A stretch of DNA of 64,000 nt, taken from the NCBI GenBank assembly GCA_049517415.1, contig JBEKSC010000001.1, positions 159,146 to 223,145 of the forward strand, written 5' to 3'. Each line of letters opens with the position of its first letter. Position 1 is the first letter of the stretch. Positions 19,980-28,282 of the stretch are shown here, one piece after another. The notes under the pieces were generated by a model. The model ran no database searches and was not told the origin of the DNA. It saw only the letters and a program-made list of their open reading frames with translations. This stretch comes from Candidatus Bathyarchaeia archaeon. GTDB taxonomy: Archaea > Thermoproteota > Bathyarchaeia > 40CM-2-53-6. The translations under genes were made by a program, and so were the position numbers.

Positions 19980-21017
19980 TCATGCAATCAGTGGGCCTGA
20001 GGATGGTGGGTTGGCCTCGAAGGCGTCAATCATGGCGTGAACGTTATCCGCCAAGGGATAGAGGATTGGGCAGGTGCATCCGGTGGAGTTGTACTCTGCA
20101 ACTTTCTTGAGGCAATCGTCTGCGGTTCCGCTGGCTGTGATAAGTCGAACGAGTTCATCATCTACCAACTGCTTGGCCTTTTCCAAGCCACCCGGTTTGG
20201 CAGGCCAACCCCCCAAAGCAGATTTTACTTCTTCAATCAAGGATTCCTTCACACCGCTGGCTTTGGCGATGTGGGGTTGCTGCCCCAGATACTGGGCGAC
20301 CAGCGGCCGCGCGCTATCAATAGCTTTGTCAGCGTCGTCGTCCAGCGAACACACAATGAGCTGAGGTCTGTCAATGGCCTCGAAACTTCGGCCTCTCTTC
20401 GCCGCACCGATTTTGAGATGTTCTAAGGCTTGGCGATTGTAGTTCGGGGAAACTAAGTAATTCAGCAGAAGACCGTCAGCGATCTCGCCGGTTAGTTCAA
20501 TCATATCCCAACCAGTGGCACCTATGTAAATTGGGATGTTACGGGGCGTAGAAGGATCGCCGTAAACAACATCTAGTCGTATGTCCCGTACTTTCACGAA
20601 CTCTCCCTCGAACGTGACGTTCTCCATCCGGAAGAGGCGCTGGAGAACAGTAACGTACTCTCGCATTGCTTTCAGCGGTTTCTTTCGTTCGATCCCAACC
20701 TTCGACGCTAGCGGGTCCCACCAAGCACCCACCCCGAGCAAGCTACGACCGTCAGACAGTTCATCGAGAGTTAGAAAAGACACCGCAGTCAGGGCCACGT
20801 TCCGCGTCCAATTGTTTATCACCCCGGTTCCAAGTTTGATTTTGTTGGTGACGGCCGCGATAGCCGCCAAGGGCGTGAGGGCGTCTCGTGCGAGGCGTGA
20901 TTCGGCGTGCCAGATGGCTTCGAACCCTTTCTGTTCAGCATATTGCGCGAGCTTCATCTCTTCGCGAATTCTGTGCTTATCTTGAAGATATAACGCAATT
21001 CTTCGTTTGTTTACCAC
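19980..21017 (-). CDS. LLM-class (Mer-like, probably F420-dependent) oxidoreductase
   Basis: [39 protein letters not shown]; likely start GTG 21017 (ORF track extends to 21083). Confidence 0.88.
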   Translation of the reverse strand: MVNKRRIALYLQDKHRIREEMKLAQYAEQKGFEAIWHAESRLARDALTPLAAIAAVTNKIKLGTGVINNWTRNVALTAVSFLTLDELSDGRSLLGVGAWWDPLASKVGIERKKPLKAMREYVTVLQRLFRMENVTFEGEFVKVRDIRLDVVYGDPSTPRNIPIYIGATGWDMIELTGEIADGLLLNYLVSPNYNRQALEHLKIGAAKRGRSFEAIDRPQLIVCSLDDDADKAIDSARPLVAQYLGQQPHIAKASGVKESLIEEVKSALGGWPAKPGGLEKAKQLVDDELVRLITASGTADDCLKKVAEYNSTGCTCPILYPLADNVHAMIDAFEANPPSSGPLIA

Positions 21018-21174
21018 TTTTTTCGCTTCCCGTTCAAATTGGCTGCAACTATAAGGGCTTGCTGACCTTAACACTTTCCTCACTTATGGAGTAAACCATA
21101 AAGTTCACCCCCAATCGTGGAGAAAAACGACTACCACATATACTCGCGCGCATGTGAAGCGTTAACGATGAAAT

Positions 21175-21312
21175 ATGCCAGTGGAGAGCGATAACATAAC
21201 CGCCATAAGGGTTAGCTTTCAGGTTGCCGCCATCGTAAATGCGCTAGTCAAAGCCAAGAAACTTCACTCGGCCGACGAACTCTTACGACAAGTTTTGGGA
21301 GTAGGTGCCTGA
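21175..21312 (+). CDS. Ribbon-helix-helix-like DNA-binding microprotein (45 aa, not in ORF track)
   Basis: MPVESDNITAIRVSFQVAAIVNALVKAKKLHSADELLRQVLGVGA*; alternating TAIRVS strand then two helices with S-x-D-E-L-L-R. Confidence 0.6.
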   Translation: MPVESDNITAIRVSFQVAAIVNALVKAKKLHSADELLRQVLGVGA

Positions 21313-21314
21313 AA

Positions 21315-21749
21315 ATGGACGACGCAGCACTCAGCCTGAAATATTTCGGTTGCCTCGCCGTAGACCGTTCGGTGCTCGAAGGTAGCCGACCAGTTGTGGA
21401 AACTCAAATCTCCGAATTCGAGAGCCGTGTCACATCAACTAAGACCGGTATCCGTGAATGGGAGAAAGTCAGGGAGGGCAGGGGAAACCACCTAGCTGAA
21501 GTTGAAGGGAAAATTCAGGAAGCGAAATCCCAGGGCTTGACCTCGGAGGATCCGCAGCTTGCCGTTCTGCTCGAAGAAAGGGATCGTTGCGAGGCGCTTT
21601 GCGGCGGCCCCGATAGCGTTATGATGAGTCTACAATCTGACCTTGCGCACGAGTTAGACGCCCTTGAATATTGGAAATCGAGACTCCGGAAAATCGAATT
21701 CTTGGAGAAGCAAGCTGCTCAGAAAACGAAGGGGGGTAAGAAGCCATGA
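21315..21749 (+). CDS. Hypothetical coiled-coil protein
   Basis: 144 aa, heptad-rich; stop overlaps next start (ATGA). Confidence 0.7.
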   Translation: MDDAALSLKYFGCLAVDRSVLEGSRPVVETQISEFESRVTSTKTGIREWEKVREGRGNHLAEVEGKIQEAKSQGLTSEDPQLAVLLEERDRCEALCGGPDSVMMSLQSDLAHELDALEYWKSRLRKIEFLEKQAAQKTKGGKKP

Positions 21750-22093
21750 GCCCAGACGATTCCGATGAAGACCAAGAGGAATCATCCGACGAAGCCACAT
21801 TAGGCATACGAATCATCGACGCCTCAACCGATGAGGCTGAGGACGAGCTGAAATCCTTACGGAAACAGGCAATCGAAAACCTAGTGAAAATGAGATATCC
21901 ATTAGATCCCAGAATTGAGAGCGCCGTCGAGCACCCTAACCGAACCCACGTTGCTGGATCCCACGCTAGAAGCACGAAACCTCTGACGGAAGATAACCGC
22001 CGCGGATTCTACATCACATTCGACAAAGCCACAATTGAGGCTGAAATGCAGAAGATTCGGCCAAGTCACACCCCTGGAAAACGAATCATTTAG
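21746..22093 (+). CDS. Hypothetical protein, acidic N-terminus
   Basis: 115 aa ORF coupled to the upstream gene, GGGGGGT SD-like sequence. Confidence 0.65.
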   Translation: MSPDDSDEDQEESSDEATLGIRIIDASTDEAEDELKSLRKQAIENLVKMRYPLDPRIESAVEHPNRTHVAGSHARSTKPLTEDNRRGFYITFDKATIEAEMQKIRPSHTPGKRII

Positions 22094-22103
22094 GTGGGCT
22101 CTG

Positions 22104-22382
22104 ATGGATGAACCAACAACCTGTACGTGTAACCCGCCACGGTGGGACGGAATCCATTACGCCTCCTGTCCCATGAGCAATTACCTGTTTCGACATAGGC
22201 AGGAAATTCAGCGAACGGGCCGAGTTGATGGGGAAACCCCTGGGTACCAACCATCGAAGGATACGCCTAGACTCTACACCCAGCCCTCGAATTTGGGGGT
22301 TAGCTGGCCCTTCGTCGCTAAGTCAGCTCAACGCAGAGGCCCGAATTACCGTGAACCATTCCGACCAAGGCGTTCCCATTGA
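22104..22382 (+). CDS. Hypothetical protein with CxC...HxxxC motif
   Basis: MDEPTTCTCNPPRWDGIHYASCP; AGGTG SD upstream; TTGA overlap with next ORF. Confidence 0.5.
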   Translation: MDEPTTCTCNPPRWDGIHYASCPMSNYLFRHRQEIQRTGRVDGETPGYQPSKDTPRLYTQPSNLGVSWPFVAKSAQRRGPNYREPFRPRRSH

Positions 22383-22648
22383 GGGTTTCCAAAGTCAATG
22401 ACGCGATTTCTACTGCGGGTGCTTCTTCCCCCGCTACAATGCAGCCTGAGACTGAGGGAACCGAAATTAATTTTCGAAAATCATCCTTAGCCACCTTGGA
22501 GAGAAGATTTCAGAGTCAAACACGAACGCTTTACCATTCGACTCGGCAGACTCGAAAATATGGCGAATGGTGGGTCATATTGCAGAAGCTTCAGGTTACG
22601 TATCGCCTGATTGTTGAGGCTACGAGGCCGGAGGGTGACTCGGGCTGA
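22379..22648 (+). CDS. Hypothetical protein
   Basis: 89 aa ORF in a translationally coupled run. Confidence 0.5.
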   Translation: MRVSKVNDAISTAGASSPATMQPETEGTEINFRKSSLATLERRFQSQTRTLYHSTRQTRKYGEWWVILQKLQVTYRLIVEATRPEGDSG

Positions 22649-22743
22649 CGAAAGAAAAAGCGGGGCCCATTACGAGTGGGCCACCGACAGTAGTCGCAAA
22701 GGAGACCAGTGGTGACGTTCCAACTAAGGTTTCTGATGCTGAG

Positions 22744-22959
22744 TTGATGCGTTTCCTTGAACTTGAAATTTACCGTCAGGATCGAGAAGATCATGATGGA
22801 ATAGTTTTCGAGATTCAGCGCCGATTAACGAAGGCTCTAGGTGTTCCGCCTAATCTCCAAGTCTTGGACCGCTACTTGGATAGTTTGCTGAATGTCCCTG
22901 AGAAGCAGGCATACCGGCGGGTGCTCAAGTTTTTTCGAGAGCATCCGGCAATTGAATAG
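22744..22959 (+). CDS. Hypothetical helical protein (may start at CTG 22645)
   Basis: 71 aa ORF; frame open back to a CTGA overlap with the previous stop. Confidence 0.55.
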   Translation: MMRFLELEIYRQDREDHDGIVFEIQRRLTKALGVPPNLQVLDRYLDSLLNVPEKQAYRRVLKFFREHPAIE

Positions 22960-23524
22960 TCCCTGCAGGGTTACCGTGCACGGCACCCATTTCGGCCTTA
23001 ACGGCCAGGTTCGGCTACGTTTTCGGTCTGGGCATTGCGGTCGCTGCGACGACTACTCCAAGAGGTACGGTGAGTTGCCTGATTCCATGATTCCTCCCGG
23101 GGCTCGGAACCGCGTCAAAGTTGAACGTTCCAAACTGGGTACATGGTTATTCTACCCTAACGGAAGCGTGGTGTTCTCGACGGCTTTGCGGGGCCTACTG
23201 AGCCATGAGGCTTGGAGTATTTTGGCGGATGACCATGCGGAGATTTTGCGTTTAGATTTCACGCTGCCTCGAAGCTTCTGCACTCCAGCGAAGTTGCGGC
23301 GGCTTAGGATGGTTAAGGGGTGCCGACTCGAATACTGGTGGGGAACCGTGGTTTTCGGGGATCGAAGCGATCCTCGCAACATCGAAATTGAGTTCTCCAA
23401 AGTGGTTTTAAGGCTCATTCGAGAGGGTGGGCCGCGTCTTTTCAAAAAAGCAATCAGAAACCGAATCGCCCTGTTCTGGGCTTATTTTCAGGAAATTTAC
23501 GCTCGGGGCTTAATTGAAATTTGA
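22952..23524 (+). CDS. Hypothetical element protein
   Basis: Likely TTG start overlapping the upstream stop; RVTVHGTHF and GDRSDPRNIEIE motifs. Confidence 0.6.
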   Translation: MNSPCRVTVHGTHFGLNGQVRLRFRSGHCGRCDDYSKRYGELPDSMIPPGARNRVKVERSKLGTWLFYPNGSVVFSTALRGLLSHEAWSILADDHAEILRLDFTLPRSFCTPAKLRRLRMVKGCRLEYWWGTVVFGDRSDPRNIEIEFSKVVLRLIREGGPRLFKKAIRNRIALFWAYFQEIYARGLIEI

Positions 23525-23900
23525 AGAAACGGTGAAACGATTTAGGGAGTTGCCGATTGGTTTGTGGGCGAAATCGCCGCGGAACATGACGTTCGGGATA
23601 CCCCTCTGCAAACGGTTTAGTGAGTAAATATGGCTCTGACCGTTCAAACAAAATTGAGTTCTGAGGGGGTCGGAAACCATGTCGCCAGCTTAAGCTTCCC
23701 AGCTAGGTATGTTGGTGTTGGTTTCTGTGGGTGATGTTGGTTCCTATTCTTTCCTGTATGGTATTCTCATTATTTTCTATACGTTGCTTTATGGTTTGGT
23801 GGTTGAGGTTTCGGAATTAAATGCCCGTTTCTCGGGGTGCGTTCGCCAGCATAAACCCGTGTGAGGCCAGCGATAAGCCTGCGAGTAAACCGTTAGGTGG

Positions 23901-24224
23901 TCACATTCGTTCTAGCAGTGCTTGGAAAACCTGTTGCGTTGTAATCGGCATTTCTGGAAGAAACTGATTGATCGCTTCCTTCACGAGCTTAACATATTCT
24001 GGGGGCGAACGAAATTCAATCTTGAACCGTTTCCCTACCTTGGGCCCGAACCTTAATTGAACGAGAGCCCGCTTGTCTTCTGGTATCCCGGGTTTCACAG
24101 ACTCCAAGATCTTCGCGGCCCACTCATTCAAAACCTCACTTGTAAGGCCCTCCACCATGTCCTGCAGATCACGTTCAAGCTCGTCAAAACCGTCGACATC
24201 CATGTGAATCAAACACTTCGCCAC
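23901..24224 (-). CDS. Hypothetical protein
   Basis: 107 aa ORF with TATA-like TTGATATAT about 25 nt upstream. Confidence 0.6.
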   Translation of the reverse strand: MAKCLIHMDVDGFDELERDLQDMVEGLTSEVLNEWAAKILESVKPGIPEDKRALVQLRFGPKVGKRFKIEFRSPPEYVKLVKEAINQFLPEMPITTQQVFQALLERM

Positions 24225-24320
24225 ATAGAAGCAGCCCCAGCAGGATATATCAAAACGAGAGATAAGTGAAGGTAAACACCCTAGCCCTAAACCATAAAGT
24301 TCTGTAGAGAGAATAATCAG

Positions 24321-24509
24321 CTACACGTCAGGGTTACGGACACCGAAATAACATTGCCTTGAACCATGCCCATATTCCCCACCAGCCGTATGAGAAATCA
24401 GAAAGTAAGCATACTTCCGTAGCCCATGGCGATTCTTACGCCATACCATCAACAGATCACCGAGTAGCCCACACTTCCCGCAATACGCGCCCCTCCGAAC
24501 CAAAACCAA
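24321..24509 (-). CDS. Small zinc-finger-like protein (CxxC...H...C)
   Basis: YCGKCGLLG...YAYFLISH...RQCYFG, a pattern typical of small archaeal MGE proteins. Confidence 0.6.
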   Translation of the reverse strand: MVLVRRGAYCGKCGLLGDLLMVWRKNRHGLRKYAYFLISHTAGGEYGHGSRQCYFGVRNPDV

Positions 24510-24779
24510 CCTGTTTTCACGCCTTAACCAATGTGTGTACGAACGCTTGTGGTTTCTGATTCTATGGTTTGGTAAGCCGTAATTTGAGGGATCACATCAG
24601 TATTCTCAGGCGACTAAGGTTTGAGTTCAGGTCGATGCTCTGAATGTGGTGGATCATTGGATTCAAGGAACCGTAAGGTTTGCACTTCATGTTATTCTGA
24701 GCGAATTCAAGGCTCGGGTGGCGACAGCTTAGATTAAGGACAGAAACCTTTGAAGCGGGATCAGGCCTAGTATTCCGCT

Positions 24780-24902
24780 ATGCCCGAACGTTCATTGAAG
24801 CTTGAGAAGCCGGTTCAATGCAGTGAATGCGGAGCAATCGTTACGCTCCGAAAGAATCTTGTTGGCCGGAAATGTAGGGATTGCGCAGACAAGAAGGCTT
24901 AG
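24780..24902 (+). CDS. Zinc-finger microprotein (40 aa, not in ORF track)
   Basis: MPERSLKLEKPVQCSECGAIVTLRKNLVGRKCRDCADKKA*; CxxC-x14-CxxC. Confidence 0.55.
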   Translation: MPERSLKLEKPVQCSECGAIVTLRKNLVGRKCRDCADKKA

Positions 24903-25135
24903 GTTATTCTTTCAGCCCTGTACCAATGGGATACCCCGTAAACTGAGGCTAAGTCGTGGATTTGTTTAGCGATCCCCATATCATCTAGAATCCAAACTGA
25001 TTGGGTGCTCCTTTTTCGGATTTCAATGTTTGCGGCTCCCAATAATTTCCATAGGCGCCTGTAGAATTGCATGTGTCGGCTTGCAGGCTCAGCCGGAATG
25101 TCATAGTCCACAACGAACCATTCTATTCCAGTCAA
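24899..25135 (-). CDS. Stand-alone Cas2/VapD/PaaX-middle-domain-like protein
   Basis: FVVDYDIP first strand and TQSVW motif, 78 aa ferredoxin-like size; GGAGG SD upstream. Confidence 0.6.
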   Translation of the reverse strand: MTGIEWFVVDYDIPAEPASRHMQFYRRLWKLLGAANIEIRKRSTQSVWILDDMGIAKQIHDLASVYGVSHWYRAERIT

Positions 25136-25317
25136 CGTTCTAGTTCCTCCAAGACGTTACAGGTATAACGCAGGCGGGTAATAGGTGTTACGTGTCAAGT
25201 GCATTTACATTAACCGTAACCTAAACCATGAAGCTCACTGGGGCGTCTACGGCTAGAACCGTAACAAGTATAACGTTCCTTACTCGCCTTGGTTGTCAGA
25301 GTATTGCGTTTTATGGT

Positions 25318-25740
25318 TTAGTGGCGTTGTGTGGTTCCGTTTACGGTATGCTGTTTGGAACTTGGATGTGATTTCGATTTCCGTCTATTGTAAGTAAGTG
25401 TTACGGTGCCGCTTGCCCCGATTCCCAATGGCTTTGCTGACAGTTCCCCTGAAATTGTTATCTGTGAGAGTTCGAAGTTATCGGGGATTGCTTTTTCATA
25501 TTTCGCAGCGATTGCTCGTGGGATAAGTTCCCGCAGGATTTCTTTACGGGGTCTCCTCCGGCCTGCTGTAAGGCTAAAGTTACCGACCTCGCTCAGACTC
25601 ATGACATTCAGTTTGTGTTCCAGTACCTGTTTCTGAACCTGTTTTGAGACTTTAAGGGGTTCGACCTTCAAAATGTCATCTTCGGTCAGAGTAAACAATG
25701 CTGCATTCTCTTTGCGATGTTTCCTGGGCACAGTTGTCAA
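25318..25740 (-). CDS. Hypothetical protein with Pepco/Trypco-like C-terminal domain
   Basis: FELSQITISGELSAKPLGIGASGTVTLTYNR resembles the strand-hairpin-strand signature of peptidase co-occurring domains. Confidence 0.5.
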   Translation of the reverse strand: MTTVPRKHRKENAALFTLTEDDILKVEPLKVSKQVQKQVLEHKLNVMSLSEVGNFSLTAGRRRPRKEILRELIPRAIAAKYEKAIPDNFELSQITISGELSAKPLGIGASGTVTLTYNRRKSKSHPSSKQHTVNGTTQRH

Positions 25741-26179
25741 CTCGACTAGATTTCAAGACCGTTAGGGTATTTCATTTATGGTTTACTTGTCTAGCTTAGA
25801 TGATTGAATCATTCGCATTCAACATTCAAACCTGCATGCGCCCGTGAATGCTGGGATTTCTGGGAATCAGCCGCCGAAATCTAGGGACCCATCCGCCTAC
25901 CCACCAGCCCCCACCAAGCGGTGACACACCACAAAACCCACACACCATCCTGATCACGTGATCCTTCACCCGCCTGCACGCGTGATACCCCGCACCCTCC
26001 ATGATCCAACGTCGCCAAGACGACACCTAAGAAAGAATAAACAACAACACAATATGATAGAAATTATCTTATCTTACTTTCTTTTTTTCCCCTACTGCTT
26101 TCTTCATGTTTAAGGGTACTCTGCGATGTAAGTTGATTTTATGGTTTGCTCGCTGTTAACGTGGCAAATACGCCGTATG

Positions 26180-26677
26180 CTACTCTGGGATTCCCAGATA
26201 CTTCTTAAGAAATTGTCTGATTTCCTCCAACTTGACGCCGAGGACTGGGGGTGCTCCGATCGAAAGAAAGAGGGCATCGCCTGGTAGCTCATCCTTCTCG
26301 CCGCTGGACATGAAGGCGTCCAGTTTCTCCAGTTCGTCTATGATGCCATCTAGCCCCGTGCGAATTTCCCTCGGAAGGAAGAAAGTCCCCCCAACTGACA
26401 CAAGTTTCTGATAATGTTCCTCATAGGCCTTCGAGGTGTCGGCTAGGAGCGCGCGTGCTTCTTGGATGGTTGCATCCACTGAAACTTCGCCAACACTCAT
26501 TTTCAATGACTCCATGGCACCCACGAACCGGAGGAAATCCGGTGTGAGAACCAGCTCTCGGAAGTATTGGCGGGATCGCTGTCGTTGCAAGAAATATGCT
26601 TGAACTAACACGGTCAGGAGGGCTCCAATCCCAAGGTACCCGAGAATTTGAAGGAGCGACTGAACATCTACTTCCAC
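26180..26677 (-). CDS. Hypothetical protein with single N-terminal TM and helical domain
   Basis: LLQILGYLGIGALLTVLVQAYFL TM followed by an amphipathic helical region. Confidence 0.7.
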   Translation of the reverse strand: MEVDVQSLLQILGYLGIGALLTVLVQAYFLQRQRSRQYFRELVLTPDFLRFVGAMESLKMSVGEVSVDATIQEARALLADTSKAYEEHYQKLVSVGGTFFLPREIRTGLDGIIDELEKLDAFMSSGEKDELPGDALFLSIGAPPVLGVKLEEIRQFLKKYLGIPE

Positions 26678-26819
26678 GAAAGGTCAGCAGTAACCGAATT
26701 AGCGTCTAGCCTTAATCAATCATGCTCCCTAACTGACCGCGAGCTTAGGGAAGAATAGGGGTCCGACCGCCGCTTGGCAGAATTTCTTCATGGGATGGAG
26801 TTCTACGAAAAACTCCCGG

Positions 26820-28271
26820 TCATTTTCGATTAAGGTCCTGCCTGCGACCGCATTTAAGACAGAATAGGCTTCCACTAGGAAGTCTATGGCCACAGTTGAG
26901 ACAGAACTGAACTTTATTACGTCGCTTGAGGGTCACAGCACCTACTGAGACGATTGCAATAATGATGACAGCGCTGGCAGGCAGGATGGTACCAGGATTC
27001 AGCGACCACTCGGCATGAATTGTCATAGGAGCATTAACGGTTATCAGAGAGGACCCGTCAGGTCGTGGGCTTCCGGTGTAGTCACCTCCCCATCCACCAA
27101 AAATAGACCGTACACCCAATGCCCCCAGTATGCCTTCAGCTTGGATTGAGGTAGGCCTCACGCCAATTTTTACGTCGATGCCCGCGTCATACCAACCTGA
27201 GCCAAAGGTTGATCCCAGAGTTGAGGTGACTGTCACCAAGTACTGCTTAACGTAGACGGCTGAGAGTGACATGTTCTGATCGGCAGCGAATCCGCTCGCT
27301 GTATAGGTCCCGTCAGTCCAGCCTTCTAGGTAATATCGTTCGCCACCACTAATTGGAACGGTCAACTGCGCTTGCGGCGCAACCTCAGAACCTTCTACGT
27401 ACCATCCGTTGCCCATCGCAGAACCAACTGAGGAAGTTACACTAACGTAGAACCATGGCCAGAGGCTCTGCCCTTCAGCCTTAATGGGTAGACCGCTTCC
27501 TGCTAACCAATGATTATTCTCACCAGTGACACTTTCAACTCCGTAGGGAAAACCACCATTGTAAGTGGCGCTTGTTACACCGTAGCAGCATAATGACGCA
27601 GCGGCGGACGCTTGATGCCAAACTCCAGTGCTGTCGCGGTAGGACAGGTTGCGGAACTCCACAGGACCGAGTACGTTGTCCGTCCAATACGTCTGCGCCG
27701 ATTCAGCCACGGCATCTGGCCCGGAGCCTCCTGAGTCGCCTACGCTGAGGTCGACCTGTCCGAGTTGTTGATCGTTTGCGAACGCCGACCAAATCGTTCC
27801 CGTGCTCGCAAGCGAGAACTTGACCCATGTCCCATTCATTCCAGCGGTCCGACCTTCGTTTCCCAAGAATCCACCCGTATTTTCTTTAGCTGTCCCTGGA
27901 AGGAAGTACTCCCAAAACAAGCTCGGATGTCCGCTGTTATACTGGGGATTCATCATGTACCCTGCCTGTATGAATGCATCGTTCGGTAGGTCAACGCCTA
28001 CCCAGTAGGAGTCGTCAGTGTCAACATGATTGAGTTTCTGATCCAAAATCCTGACTTCGACACTCGCCCCAGTTATTGGCTGCCCGAATTTATCTGCGTA
28101 ACCGCTGTTGCTTTCTCCCCACGCTCCAACTTGAAACCAGTATGTGTTGGACATCGTCGTTTCCGCCATTCCAGAGTGAGATGGTAGATGAGGCGTTAAG
28201 CTAAAGGAACGAACTGTAGGCACTAAGGGTAGAGAGGTAAGAACCAGCAGTAAGAGTAGTCCCTGTCTCAT
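26820..28271 (-). CDS. Surface protein: signal peptide, G1 glutamic-peptidase-like domain, beta repeats, TM, double zinc ribbon
   Basis: SYWVGVD..FIQAGY and AVAES..GPVEF motifs; two G-x-GWY repeats; C-terminal FCLNCG..FCLKCG. Confidence 0.7.
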   Translation of the reverse strand: MRQGLLLLLVLTSLPLVPTVRSFSLTPHLPSHSGMAETTMSNTYWFQVGAWGESNSGYADKFGQPITGASVEVRILDQKLNHVDTDDSYWVGVDLPNDAFIQAGYMMNPQYNSGHPSLFWEYFLPGTAKENTGGFLGNEGRTAGMNGTWVKFSLASTGTIWSAFANDQQLGQVDLSVGDSGGSGPDAVAESAQTYWTDNVLGPVEFRNLSYRDSTGVWHQASAAASLCCYGVTSATYNGGFPYGVESVTGENNHWLAGSGLPIKAEGQSLWPWFYVSVTSSVGSAMGNGWYVEGSEVAPQAQLTVPISGGERYYLEGWTDGTYTASGFAADQNMSLSAVYVKQYLVTVTSTLGSTFGSGWYDAGIDVKIGVRPTSIQAEGILGALGVRSIFGGWGGDYTGSPRPDGSSLITVNAPMTIHAEWSLNPGTILPASAVIIIAIVSVGAVTLKRRNKVQFCLNCGHRLPSGSLFCLKCGRRQDLNRK

Positions 28272-28282
28272 TCGCCACTACG

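Larger units (their letters stand above)
21093..26147. repeat. Dispersed 10-bp motif AAACCATAAA: six exact intergenic copies in both orientations
   Basis: Plus: 21093-21102, 24289-24298. Minus: 23788-23797, 25310-25319, 25775-25784, 26138-26147. One mismatch: 24561-24570 (-), 25223-25232 (+). Confidence 0.9.

Noticed and set aside
23901..24224. HK97 gp10-like phage tail protein
   Set aside because: Only the N-terminal VDGFDEL resembles it, and there are no other virion genes
21090..26150. CRISPR array near the Cas2-like gene
   Set aside because: Repeats are only 10-17 bp, irregularly spaced and in both orientations; no cas1 or other cas genes
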